Position numbers and translations under genes: made by a program. DNA of 60,490 nucleotides, counting the filler, from Dugesia japonica (taxonomy: Eukaryota), in NCBI GenBank assembly GCA_001938525.1. It is 6 parts of 6 records of this genome, joined end to end, with 100 filler letters (N's around TTAATTAATTAA, not from the genome) between each part and the next. Parts side by side here need not be neighbours in the genome. Positions count along the whole stretch, not along the records: positions 36,556 to 45,806 come from MQRL01604194.1; positions 45,907 to 60,490 come from MQRL01642136.1; 4 more parts are not named here. One strand, given 5' to 3'. Position 1 is the first letter of the stretch. The number at the start of each line of letters is the position of its first letter. The notes below the pieces were generated by a model. It saw only the letters and a list, made by a program, of their open reading frames with translations. It was not told where the DNA came from and searched no databases. This document shows positions 42,741 through 54,990 of this stretch, piece by piece.

Positions 42741-43263
42741 NNNNNNNNNNNNNNNNNNNNNNNNNNNNNNNNNNNNNNNNNNNNNNNNNNTAATATTTAA
42801 TAATATTACAAAAAGAATATTAAAATTTTGCTTAAAAATAAAACATTTGCCGGTTGAAATATTTCTTAATTAGCTTTTGTCATTTCTGTTAAATTATTTT
42901 TATTTCAATATTTTATTAAATAAATTATTTTATTAATATTGTTCTGAAATTTTCATTTCCACTCATTAATTAATCGAATCTCTAGTGAGCTTCTTATAAT
43001 AAAGTTACTGCCTTAATTCTAATTTATATTCCACAATATTATGTTGACAACCATTAGGTAAATAGCAAATTACTAACAGATTGTTATGATTTTTGGTTGA
43101 ATAACATTCTTCTCGAGGAGCACTTGAAAAATTATCTCATAATTTATTTACTCTCCAAATTTGAATAGTTAATCAAATTTTAAAACCAGATATTATTATT
43201 ATTATTATTATTANNNNNNNNNNNNNNNNNNNNNNNNNNNNNNNNNNNNNNNNNNNNNNNNNN

Positions 43264-43330
<67 letters not shown>
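42675..43330. repeat. (AAT)n and (ATT)n microsatellites in opposite orientation
   Basis: Tracts at ~42675-42740 and ~43190-43330, each running into an N gap. Confidence 0.9.
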
Positions 43331-43331
<1 letters not shown>

Positions 43332-43944
43332 TTCAATAAATTAAAAAACTTACATATGGTTAAGTCCAGCAATTATTCTCCCAATAATTGTAATTGTAAA
43401 ATTAGTAAATTAATTTATTTTTTCTTTTTTATGGTATAATTTTCATATTAATTTTGAAATTATTTGTTTAAGTTACTTCCAAACTTAAAAAATATTCAAG
43501 TAATTAGATTAAAATTATCTTTTCTACCTGAAAATTAAGATTAAATTTTTAAGAATAAAAAATAAAAATTGTTTTTGAGAAGTCATATTTATAAATTTCT
43601 TATTTCTATACTAATCTAAATATATCTCATGTTATTTTATGAAAATATTTACACGATTGAGACTAACAACAAATGAGTAGATAGGTTGAATTGATTAATA
43701 TTTCGAAAAATCTCTGATAATTTTGGATTTTTCTGTTAAAATAAAACACTAGATGAAGTGGAGACAATTAATAATTTGGAAATTTTCAATATTAGTTTTC
43801 TTTATTTTCATAAAAGTTTTGCGTGAGACCAGGTAGTTTATGGTATCAGATGGTGTTGAAATTAAGGTTATCAAATATTCAGTTGTTGTAATCTTTTGAT
43901 TATTGGATTTTTATTTAAAATAATTTTGGAGTATAATAAAAATC

Positions 43945-44095
43945 CGACTATTATAAAAACCATTCGTGTCGGGAGAACGCCATCTGACATCATAAATATT
44001 TTCGGGTATCCAAGATCGGTGCATGACATTGCTAAGAGAAATGCAACTTCAAAGGAATCATTCCTTTGTTTCATTCCGGCACATTTAAAGAATAG
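43945..44095 (+). pseudogene. Tc1/mariner-superfamily (maT-like) N-terminal HTH fragment
   Basis: Reads IIKTIRVGRTPSDIINIFGYPRSVHDIAKR. Confidence 0.5.
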
Positions 44096-44099
44096 TTAT

Positions 44100-44635
44100 C
44101 GAGTTTGTCAAACGAATTAAAAATTATGACTTGAAGAATGATGAGAAACATGTTACTTATAAAATAACATGCACCATTTAAAAAGAAACATATATAAGTG
44201 AAACATCCAGAACCGTCCGAACAAGAATTAATGAACATCTCAAGCAAAAAGAAAGTGAAGTCTTCAAACACTTTCAACACAAACATAAAATTTCACCAGA
44301 ACAACATCACATAACCTGAAAAACACTAGGAATAGGCTACATTTTCACACTTCACAGGAAAAAACATGAAGAATTACTAATTAAAGAAGATAGTCCTAAA
44401 ATCAATGTAATTAAACAAAATTAAAATTAATCAATTAAAATTCAGTAAAATAAATTAATTCTAAAATAAATTAATTCCAAAATAAATTGTAAAAATAAAT
44501 ATTGAATAAATCAAAAAAAGTCAATTCCTGACGAAGACAAAGTCGAAAATTAGAATTATTTTCAAAAACAAAAATTAATTTGACACTCAAAAACGTCTGA
44601 CAATTATTCTCGCAATAATTGTAATTGTATAAATA
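44100..44635 (+). mobile_element. Penelope-like retroelement 3' end: GIY-YIG endonuclease plus pLTR
   Basis: Reads VTYKITC..TYISETSRTVRTRINEH..SEVFKH..RKKHEELLIKEDSPKIN. A hammerhead and the dispersed hairpin repeat follow. Confidence 0.85.
44523..44557 (+). ncRNA. Minimal type I hammerhead ribozyme (Penelope-type), copy 1
   Basis: AATTC (stem I)-CTGACGA-A-GAC/AAA/GTC (stem II)-GAAA-AT-TA-GAATT (stem I'). Predicted cleavage after 44552. Confidence 0.8.
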
Positions 44636-44782
44636 AACATACTTTGATTTCAAATATTTTTATTAATAATATAGATAGGATGTCAATAATAGTTTATTTT
44701 TGAAGAACATTTTAATAAAATATAATTTTTGATTATTATAATGTGACCAAATTTTATAGTTTGATAATGTTTTAATCTTGCC

Positions 44783-45804
44783 ATGATTTTGGTATGCTCG
44801 CTGGCACATTTCATTTCAGATGCAAAAAACTTTGGATTCAATTTAATCAATATCAAAAATAAAAAGCCATTAGTTTCAGTTATTGAATCTAATGAGCAGT
44901 TGATTCTGGAAAGTATTCCATCAATATCTTTAAAATTAAAGTTTAATACTATTGAGGAAGGAAAGGCAAAAATAAAGGAAATTGAAGAAAATNNNNNNNN
45001 NNNNNNNNNNNNNNNNNNNNNNNNNNNNNNNNNNNNNNNNNNNNNNNNNNNNNNNNAAATCAGTATTAATGGTCAAAAGAAAATAATTATCAAATCTGAT
45101 TGCAATATGGAATTGGAGTTTAATTCATTGTGTGATGCTCGGTTACTGGGATTTAATTCGCAAAAGACGAAAAACAAACCGATGGATTCATTTATCGAAT
45201 CAGATANNNNNNNNNNNNNNNNNNNNNNNNNNNNNNNNNNNNNNNNNNNNNNNNNNNNNNNNNNNNNNNNNNNNNNNNNNNNNNNNNNNNNNNNNNNNNN
45301 NNNNNNNNNNNNNNNNNNNNNNNNNNNNNNNNNNNNNNNNNNNNNNNNNNNNNNNNNNNNNNNNNNNNNNNNNNNNNNNNNNNNNNNNNNNNNNNNNNNN
45401 NNNNNNNNNNNNNNNNNNNNNNNNNNNNNNNNNNNNNNNNNNNNNNNNNNNNNNNNNNNNNNNNNNCTTCTGCAAAATTCTACAAGTCTACAGAACAAGT
45501 AAAGGGTTTGCATAAACCGTTATTACATGGTGGTATCAGGAAACTATATATTTACTCATCTATAGTCGATCCAATCCTGGTTGGTGATGTACGTGTTCCA
45601 CTTTTGAGGAGTATATGGGTTGATTGTAACAAGCATTCATTTGGTGATGTTGTACATATAAGACTTCAAAATCCAATGTATTTACCTGTATCATCATCGT
45701 CCATCAACAAAATTGAAGTAAACATACGTGAGGATGCGGGAAGATTGATTGATTTTCCATATGGATCAAAAACAAGTTTAACTCTACATTTTCGACAAGT
45801 ATAA
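44783..45804 (+). pseudogene. Maverick minor capsid (PX/penton), partial
   Basis: C-terminus LYIYSSIVDPILVGDVRVPLLR..NPMYLPV...INKIEVNIREDAGRLIDF..KTSLTLHFR. Also LLGF upstream. Confidence 0.85.
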
Positions 45805-46634
45805 ACNNNNNNNNNNNNNNNNNNNNNNNNNNNNNNNNNNNNNNNNNNNNTTAATTAATTAANNNNNNNNNNNNNNNNNNNNNNNNNNNNNNNNNNNNNN
45901 NNNNNNTAAATGAAGATCTCCAGAAAGAAAGAGATGAAAATAATATAAATTTAAGAAAATTAAAAGAAAACCTAAAACCAGAAAAAGTTTAATCATTTTT
46001 AGTTAAAGGAAATTATAAAGGTAGTAAGAAAATAAAAATGACCCAAAGACGTTTCGATATTTTAACTCAAGATTTAAACAGTGATGATTTTTTAACAGAA
46101 AAATATACACGTGTATCAGCCAAAAAGGAAATTACTGGAGCAGATAGAGTATACGTTTAAAAAAATAATAATAAATGGATACAGTTTTCTATAAAATGTT
46201 AAAAGAATATAATTTTAAAAATAACTCTTTACAAAACTTTTGTAAAATTAATAGTGTTAATGAGAAAACAGTAAAAGAAATATTTAAAGAAATGGAATAT
46301 TGAATATAACACTAGATCATGGGACCCTTCTAGATATTTACAAAGAAATTCAAATGGAAGTTTTATTTCTGTAATTGATAGATTTGAAAAGAAAGTTACT
46401 GTTGTTAAAATTGATAGATTTGAAAAGAAAGCACTAACAATTAAAATTGATGTATTAAAAAATAAACTAGGAATTAATTATATTGATTTTGTTCGTGATA
46501 TGGAAAAATAGTCAAATATAATCATGCAGTAAAGTAATGTAATGTAATGTAACATAACGTAATGTAAGGTTTATAGTAAGGTTTATAGTAACGCAAAATA
46601 AAAAAACACACACCACTAAAAAAATTCTTTAAGA

Positions 46635-48084
46635 ATGATAGATTTAGATAATGATTTTGAATTTGCATATACGTTAATAAAAAATGACATACTTAAAATT
46701 TCACCTTCATCAGGTTCGATAAATAATTTAAATGCAAGTGGTGACGTTGTATTTCAATCTCTCTAATCTACAAACCCACTTGATATTTGCAATTCACTTT
46801 TATACTTTAAAATTAAAATTACAATTCCAGATGCATCAAAAGATAAAATAACATTAGAGAATAACATCTTTCCAAGTTTATTTAAATCAATGAGATTAAC
46901 ATTACGTTCAACAGATGTAGAAACAATAAATGATCTAGGTGTTATATCTACGATGTTAAATTTAATAACTACAAGTGAAACATGGAAAAAAGAATATGGA
47001 CAATTATCAGGATGGTTACCAGATATAAATAAAGGAGACACCGATGTAAAAACTTAGGATTGTAATATTGGTTATTATAACAGAAAAGAACTTTATAAAA
47101 ATAATAAATTTGAAGGTTACTTTCAATTAAGAAATCTATTTGGTTTCATGCAAAATTTTAATAGAGTTTTATGCAATACAATGATAGAGTTTACATGTAA
47201 CAGACAAATGAATGATAAATTATTATTTTATGGAGATGCCGCAGCTACAGCAACATTAAAACTTTTAACACTTGAATNACACATTCCAGAATATAGATTA
47301 TTACCAAAAACAGAATTAATTTTACTGGAAAGAATAGCAACAAATAAACGAATTCAAGTTTCATATTTAAATAGAATAACTGCTAAATCAAATTTAGATG
47401 CAGGTGGTTATTATTCAATCAAAATTAGTAGTCTAGCATATCAACCTAGATATATTTTTATTTGATTAAAAGATACAGAAATTTCATTTGAAAAAAATAA
47501 TAATCTATTCATTCAGAAAAGCACAACAATCACAAAAGGTGTTGCACCAGCAGCAGATGTACCCAAAATCATTATTTAAAAAGTATGCAGATACAATTAA
47601 ACAATTCTTATTACCCAATAAACGAATGTAAATTTAATATTNNNNNNNNNNNNNNNNNNNNNNNNNNNNNNNNNNNNNNNNNNNNNNNNNNAGCAACAAA
47701 TAAACGAATTCAAGTTTCATATTTAAATAGAATAACTGCTAAATCAAATTTAGATGCAGGTGGTTGTTATTCAATCAAAATTAGTAGTCTCTTAAATCAT
47801 GTGAAAAATTAGTAAAATGTTGTCATGATTTTTTAATAGAACCACAATTATCACTTTTAGATTTTGGAAATTTATATCCAATATTTTGTTTTCATGTAAG
47901 TGCTCATGATGATAAAATGAATATTAATAATGTTGATGTTACACTTCATTTAACAAAAGATCCAGATTTTAAAGGTGCAATTTACTGGTGTATACTTGAA
48001 GAGAAACATGTATAAATGAAATTGGCCAATAGTAAAATTGTTATGATAGAAAATTTAAGAGGAGTTGAATTTCGTGTTAAATAA
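46635..48084 (+). pseudogene. Maverick major capsid protein (double jelly-roll)
   Basis: NLNASGDVVF, ITLENNIFPSLF, ETINDLG..TM..L, GW.PD, N.GYYNR, QLRNLFGF and PRYIFI. Has frameshifts and stops. Confidence 0.8.
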
Positions 48085-48650
48085 ATGTCATCGAAGTTTA
48101 TATGTGAAGAATGTGGAAAAATAATCTTAAAGAAAAATAAGTCAAGACATTTAGATTTATGCATTAATAAAGTAAAATTTACTTCAGAGTCAAGACATTT
48201 AGATTTATGCATTAATATAGTAAATTTTAAAGGTAGCAACCTCGAGCTAATTAGAGCACAAACCGGAGGTGACTTACAAAATTCAAAAGTAATATCTACA
48301 TTATTAAAACCTTTCACTTGGGAAAAGTATCCTGGAGAAAGACATTTATTTCAACATAATTACACCGTTCCAGGAACTAGATTAGATATTAGAGAGGACA
48401 CCGAAGGTGTTACAAAACCTAGAGAAGAACCAATTAATAATGTTGATGCAGCGGCTTTAAAACATGACATTGCATACGCTTCAGAAGATCTCCGAGATCG
48501 ACATATTGCAGATGTTAATTTAATACATGATTTGAATAATATTAAAAATCCAACATTAACAGAAGAATTTCAAAGAGCTCTTGTAAAATTAGCAATGAAA
48601 GGTAAAATAATGATTGGTCAAGGTCAACATAAGAGAAAAATTATAAAAGA
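48085..48650 (+). CDS. Zn-finger-like N-terminus plus parvovirus-type phospholipase A2 domain
   Basis: CEECGK..RH, HNYTVPGT (YxGPG loop variant), PINNVDAAALKHDIAY and RHIAD. Confidence 0.85.
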
Positions 48651-49482
48651 NNNNNNNNNNNNNNNNNNNNNNNNNNNNNNNNNNNNNNNNNNNNNNNNNN
48701 NNNNNNNNNNNNNNNNNNNNNAACATTTTAGAAAAGTCATCATTCATGAGAAAGATGATATTTGGTCTGCAGATTTAATATTTCATGGTATTAAACGAAA
48801 AGGTAAAAATGTAATATTAAAAGTTATAGATCTTTATACAAAATATGCTTTTGTTGAACTTTAAAAAAATAAAACCGAACTAGAAACAAGAGATGCATTT
48901 AAAAGAATTCTAGATAAAAGTTTAAGAACTCCAAATAAATTATGGACTGATGAAGGTAAAGAATTTTAAAGTAAAGAATTTAAACCTTTCTGTAAAAAAA
49001 ATAAAATTGAAATGTATACAACTGAAAATCATGGTAAAGCAGTTGTAATTGAAAGATTTAACCAAACATTTAAAAACAAGCTCTTTCAACATTTTACTGT
49101 CGTTGGAAATCAAGATATAAGCCAAGCGCTTTTAAATAAAATTGTACATGAATACAATAACACAATACATTCTAGTATTAATGTTACATCTCAAGAAGCA
49201 ACAAAAAATCCAGAAAGTATTAACCTTAAATCTGTTAAACCTTACACTGAGACTCAAAAGTTTAAAATAGGAGATCGAGTACGAATTACTAAAATTGGAA
49301 AAACTTTTCCTAAAGGTTATACTTTTAAATGGTCAAAAAGAATTTATATTATTACTAAAATACATCGCGAAACTGGCCTACGGACAAATCATGAGCCATT
49401 TACTTATGAAATCTCAAATCATAACGGCAACAAATTTTTGGGGAGATTTTATAGTAATGAATTACAAAAAACTTTATTATAA
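48620..49482 (+). pseudogene. Maverick retroviral-like integrase
   Basis: DDIWSADL, VIDLYTKYA, LWTDEGKEF, IERFNQT, YNNTIHSSI, FKIGDRVRI, KGYT..W and FYSNELQK. Two in-frame stops. Confidence 0.93.
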
Positions 49483-49707
49483 ATTTAATATGTTAAGATC
49501 AAAAATGGAAAATATTAATATTTTTGATCTTCTTTTAGAATTAGAAAGGTCAGAAAGGAAAAATGATGAATCTCATATTGAAATTATTTTATGGAATATG
49601 GAAGATGAATTAATTAACATAGAAGAAGAAATAGAAAAAATTTATGATGAACTATTTGCGTTGAAATTAAAATATGACATGTTATGATTAAAAAATAAAA
49701 CCTTAAA

Positions 49708-51159
49708 ATGGATACTCTTATTGGAAATTTAACTAAGACTATTTCATCTTTAAATTATATTAATACAAAAGGTGATGAAGAAGTTTTTAAAACTTTAAAT
49801 AAAAATATGTTACATTTAAAAAAAGTGTTACAATATATAGTTGATAATAAATGTAAATCAAAAATTAGTATTGATCATTTTAAAATAGAAAATCTTAATC
49901 CTAAAATAGAAGAAAAAGGTGGAATGATACGTAAAATGTATATGGAGAAACTACTGCTTTTAGAAAAACAGAAAAAATGTGCGAAACCTACGCGAGAAGA
50001 GATACTTGAAAAGAAATATATAGAATATGAAAAGAAAAGAAAAATTACAATAGATGCGTTAATGGAAAATGTTAAACCAAAACCAGAAATTATTAAACCA
50101 GAGCCAGAAAGTGAAAGGGAAAGTGAAGAAGAAATTATTAAACCAGAACCAGAAATTATTAAACCAGAACCAGAAATTATCAAACCAGAGCCAGAAAGTG
50201 AAAGTGAAAGTGAAGAAGAAATTATTAAACCAGAACCAGAACTAGAAAGTGAAAGTGAAAGTGAAGAAGAAATTATTAAACCAGAGCCAGAAAGTGAAGA
50301 AGAAATTATTAAACCAGAACCAGAAATTATTAAACCAGAACCAGAAATTATTAAACCAAAACCAGAAATTATTAAACCAGAGCCAGAAAGTGAAAGTGAA
50401 AGTGAAGAAAAAATTATTAAACCAGAACTAGAAAGTGAAAGGGAAAGTGAAGAAGAAATTATTAAACCAGAACCAGAAATTATTAAACCAAAACCAGAAA
50501 TTATTAAACCAAAACCAGAAATTATTAAACCAGAGCCAGAAAGTGAAAGTGAAAGTGAAGAAGAAATTATTAAACCAGAACCAGAAATTATTAAATCAGA
50601 GCCAGAAAGTGAAAGTGAAAGTGAAGAAGAAATTATTAAACCAGAACCAGAACTAGAAAGTGAAAGGGAAAGTGAAGAAGAAATTATTAAACCAGAACCA
50701 GAAATTATTAAACCAGAACCAGAAATTATCAAACCAGAGCCAGAAAGTGAAAGTGAAAGTGAAGAAGAAATTATTAAACCAGAACCAGAACTAGAAAGTG
50801 AAAGTGAAAGTGAAGAAGAAATTATTAAATCAGAACCAAAACCAGAAAGTGAAAGTGAAATTGAAGAACAAAAGATGATAAGAAAAAAGAAAGAAAGACG
50901 CGAATTCTTATTAGGTGAAATAGAAAAGGCTAAACAAGAAAAATTAAAGATTGAATCTAAAATTCAAAATGAAAGTTCTGAATCTGAATCTGAATCTGAA
51001 AATAATGATATTGATAGAAGTGAAATCTTTTTTGATAAAATTGATCATTTAAGATATAAACCATTACCTTTATCACAATTAGAGAAAAATGTAATCAAGA
51101 GAGGTAAAAATAATAGAAAAGAATTAAGAAAGAAGAAGAATGATAAATTAACTTTTTAG
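49708..51159 (+). CDS. 483-aa acidic repeat protein of unknown function
   Basis: Intact ORF. 50075-50860 is a mosaic of EIIKPEP (21 bp) and ESESESEEE units. Confidence 0.75.
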   Translation: MDTLIGNLTKTISSLNYINTKGDEEVFKTLNKNMLHLKKVLQYIVDNKCKSKISIDHFKIENLNPKIEEKGGMIRKMYMEKLLLLEKQKKCAKPTREEILEKKYIEYEKKRKITIDALMENVKPKPEIIKPEPESERESEEEIIKPEPEIIKPEPEIIKPEPESESESEEEIIKPEPELESESESEEEIIKPEPESEEEIIKPEPEIIKPEPEIIKPKPEIIKPEPESESESEEKIIKPELESERESEEEIIKPEPEIIKPKPEIIKPKPEIIKPEPESESESEEEIIKPEPEIIKSEPESESESEEEIIKPEPELESERESEEEIIKPEPEIIKPEPEIIKPEPESESESEEEIIKPEPELESESESEEEIIKSEPKPESESEIEEQKMIRKKKERREFLLGEIEKAKQEKLKIESKIQNESSESESESENNDIDRSEIFFDKIDHLRYKPLPLSQLEKNVIKRGKNNRKELRKKKNDKLTF

Positions 51160-51634
51160 AAGAATTTTTAAAATCTATGCATTCAACATCTCTTTCCACA
51201 ACTATAAAAAAAGAAGATGGTTTAGAGAAATCTAATAAAACTTTATGTGTTACTGACATACTAGATGAAGTTTATATATCATTAGATAAAAAAACCATTA
51301 CAGGAATGATGTTGTAGATAAATGTAAACAAATTAGTTTAGTAGCTTACATGAAATTAGGAAAATTATTTATATTATTAAAAATGCATTTTAAAAAGAAT
51401 TCTGAATTTAAAAATTATTCAGCTGGAAAAGAAATTTATTTTTCAGATAGACATATTCAAAAGTTAATTCATTTTAGTAGATTAGCAGATAAATATCCAA
51501 AGATAATAAATAGTAAATTATCATTTTATAAAATTACACTTCATTTTAAAGAAATTGAAGAAATCATTAATTTTAATAATCAACAGATTTTTTAATGCGC
51601 TTTTTAGACCAACGGGATGCATAAATCTCAACAT

Positions 51635-52510
51635 TTAAAATAAATCATTTAACATTTCATCAGTTTCTTTGTTCAAATAAAAATAATTATATTTTGTTTT
51701 CCAGTGAAGATTTACTTCATAATCATATTCTAACTTGNNNNNNNNNNNNNNNNNNNNNNNNNNNNNNNNNNNNNNNNNNNNNNNNNNNNNNNNNNNNNNN
51801 NNNNNNNNNNNNNNNNNNNNNNNNNNNNNNNNNNNNNNNNNNNNNNNNNNNNNNNNNNNNNNNNNNNNNNNNNNNNNNNNNNNNNNNNNNNNNNNNNNNN
51901 NNNNNNNNNNNNTCTTGTGAAATAACTTTTTTGAATTTCTTGATTCTTTTCATTAACAACATCATCAAATATTATTAAGTTTTTCTATTTCTTAGAAAGT
52001 TTATCAAAAGAAATTATTTCATTAGGTTTATTACTAAAAGTTATAATAATAGATCTTGGTTTTTTAACTACTAATTTTTTCTCAAGATAATATTGAACAA
52101 CTTGATATGGAGTAATACAATTCTTTGGAACTATATTTTGCTTTTCAAACATTAAAATAATTTCTTCTTTAGTTAATCCATATTCAAAACCAAGATAAAG
52201 TAATTGAATTTCAAATTGAGTGATTGTTGTGGAATAAATAATTAAAACATTGTGATCTAAAAATCCTGGAGTTAATAACATTTTCATTAATAAAACATTT
52301 TTACCACAACCTGAAGATCCAATCATTANNNNNNNNNNNNNNNNNNNNNNNNNNNNNNNNNNNNNNNNNNNNNNNNNNTAATAACATTTTCATTAATAAA
52401 ACATTTTTACCACAACCTGAAGATCCAATCATTAAAAGTCTAAAATTATTAGCTAACACTTTATTATTAAAATGTGTAATATTATTATTCCAGATCAACG
52501 GAGACGTCAT
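51635..52510 (-). pseudogene. Maverick packaging ATPase (A32/FtsK-like)
   Basis: FRLLMIGSSGCGKN (Walker A), LIIFDDVV (Walker B), YFTR and C-terminal KYNYFYLN. Interrupted by N gaps. Confidence 0.9.
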
Positions 52511-52713
52511 TTTTTAAATATTTAATTTTAGTTATTACAATTTTCTCAAAACATTTTTTATATTTAATTTCAATTTCATCATCATCAGATTGTAAATGAT
52601 AAGTTTTACAATCAACATCTTTAACTTCTACTACTAATTCTTCTTCTTCCATTTGTCCGTAGGCCAAGCTTTGCTATTTCTATTATAACAATTTTAATCT
52701 CTCAAGAAACATA

Positions 52714-53309
52714 TTACATCCCAAGTTTAGATTTCATTTCATTAATAACTTTAGTTTGATTTTCTTCTAACATTTTTAAATTTTCATCATTCTTCTTAGT
52801 CTTTTCTTTTTTTGTTGCCGTTATCAACTCTTGAACTTCATTTACCATATTTTTACTAATACTAATTTCATCATCAGTTAAAATTTCATCATTAACAGCT
52901 TTCTGTTGAAATAAGAATAATTTATTTTTAACACATTCAAGTTTCTTAATTAACTTTTCATATCTTTCTTTTTTAGAACTTATTAAAGAAGAATTTAATG
53001 TTCCAATTACATGTAACACGGAAATTGCGCCAGTAATTATTTGGTATACCGATTTTTGTAAGCACAATTCCAACTGGAGTAATTAATATAATTCCACCAA
53101 TTCTAATTCTAACACTAACAAATATTTGTGTATAATTTATAGCCGAATCTATTCTTTCCCATCTTTTATGTATTTTTTTTATAATGTTTAATTTTATCTT
53201 TAATATAATAAAGGTCATTTTAAAAATCTCTAATTCTAGACATTGCAAGTTTATTTTTTAAATCTATAATTGTGTAATCGGACAAATCAGGATATAACTT
53301 TTCTTCCAT
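52714..53309 (-). pseudogene. Maverick membrane-associated helical protein
   Basis: MEEKLYPDL, a central hydrophobic hairpin (GGIILITPVGIVL..IITGAISVL) and KAVNDEILTDDE. Frameshifted. Confidence 0.5.
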
Positions 53310-53312
53310 TTC

Positions 53313-54016
53313 TTAAGTAATAAATTTTACATCTAAACTTTTTAAATAAATTTCTTCTGGTAAAATTATTACAATATTGTTTATAATTTTATCTTTATTA
53401 ATTTCAGTGCTTTCTCTATAAATTTTAATATTATTATCTTTAGGTTTAATATAAATAAATGATACTGTAGTTTCATTAATTCTAATGGCATATGTAAATT
53501 TCTGAATTTGTATTTCACAACTACCTTCTATATTTATACTAACTCTACTATTAATGTTTCCCCATAAAAATATTTCTTTTATAATTTTACCTTTTCTTCT
53601 AAAATCTAAACCGTTAACATATTTATCATTAACAGAAAAATTATAAGGATTAATTGAAAATAATATTTCTTTACTAGGTGGATTAACATGTGGTAAGTAA
53701 TTATCAATTAATTCTTTTATTTTTTCAATTGAATAAGTTTTAAATAATAAATTAATTTTATCAAAAAAAATTTTATGTAGTTTTGGTTTCATTAATTCAA
53801 ACGCTTTAACTAAATCATCATAAATTTTAAATCTATGCAATTTAATGATTACACTCTTTAAATTAATATTTTCTGGAAAAATTATTTCAATATAATTTAT
53901 ATTTGTGTCTCTATTAATTTCAGTGCTTTCTCTATAAACTTTAATAGTATTATCTTTAGGTTTGACATATGTTAAGTAATGTTTTTAAGAAGTCTAATAA
54001 GTTATAATCTGACATC
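53313..54016 (-). CDS. Unknown Maverick protein with an internally duplicated ~45-aa domain
   Basis: KPKDNTIKVYRESTEIN..IEIIFPENINLKS versus KPKDNNIKIYRESTEIN..IVIILPEEIYLKS. Probable frameshift near the 5' end. Confidence 0.5.
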
Positions 54017-54052
54017 TCTTTCTTAAATGTAAAATATCGGTCACGCCGTGGC

Positions 54053-54801
54053 CTATAATCGATATTTTCTTAAATGAACTAAAATAGCAATTGTCTCTTG
54101 GTTAAAATCTATTCTGTTAAAATTTTCATCCATAATGTTAAATCTTATACTGTCAATATATTTTTTATTAATTTTAGAATAAATTTTTGCAGATGGTCTT
54201 TCAAGAATTTTAAATTCAAAAGGAACTGAGTTAATTGGAAATGAATACAATAAATTTATTTGTTTAGTATTTCCATTCGCTGATTTTACATAACTACCTT
54301 TAACAATATTACAAGTTATATTTATCATGTTATTATGAGTAATGTCAAATTTATTTTCTGAATAATATTTTTCTGATGGATAAGTTTTTACATCAAAACC
54401 TAACATTTTATGAAAGAAAAATTTATCATCAAAAATTAAAATGTTTTCTGTTTTCATATTACATTTTACTGTTGAAGTGTCAGGTGTAACTTCTATTCCA
54501 TATTTTGCTAATTTATTTGATATTTCTTTTACTTCATATGCACCAGGTTCTAGTTTATTTTTTCCATGTTCGATTTTCTTTGGTTGCATTTTTTTTCCTT
54601 GAGCATCAACTTTAATTTCAACTTTTTTATTGAGATCTGGAGTGGTTTCAAATTTATTATTTAAATCTGTAATGTTAAAAATAATATTGTAACATGTAAA
54701 AAAATAATTCCAAGTTCATTTTCTGAATCTAATTCGATAGGAAATTTAAAATCTAATTTTAAATCTTGTTCTTTTCCAACTACTAAGAATTGATGTGACA
54801 T
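54053..54801 (-). pseudogene. Maverick minor capsid (penton)
   Basis: FPIELD, YNIIFNIT..NNKF, PGAYEVKEI, MLGF, INITCNIVKGSY, LYSF, ERPS..IY..IN...I and DEN...IDFNQE. Has frameshifts. Confidence 0.88.
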
Positions 54802-54990
54802 GTCCGTAGGCGCGTAGCTATTTCTTATAAATAAAATATTGACATCAGCTCACGCGTGAGCCGTTTATTATGTTTTCATGTTTTGTGTAAAATGTTTCAT
54901 GTTTTTATGTTTTTATGTTTCGTGTAAAATGTTTGAGAACATTTTTAAAAGCCCACTTCGTAAGCCGTTTATTTTTTTAAATATTTAGCT

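Noticed and set aside
47692-47790. Tandem duplication in the major capsid gene (likewise 52273-52328 versus 52379-52432 in the ATPase)
   Set aside because: Near-identical copies directly abut N gaps, so they are most likely assembly artefacts.
44783-48084. One Maverick with two penton genes
   Set aside because: PX and the large element are on different contigs separated by an artificial spacer.
49875-50732. 285-aa antisense Ser/Gly/Leu/Ile ORF and the +1-frame KLLNQNQ ORFs
   Set aside because: These are shadow frames of the repeat in the 483-aa ORF.
37485-51978. ORF-track entries made mostly of X
   Set aside because: They are artefacts of N gaps.
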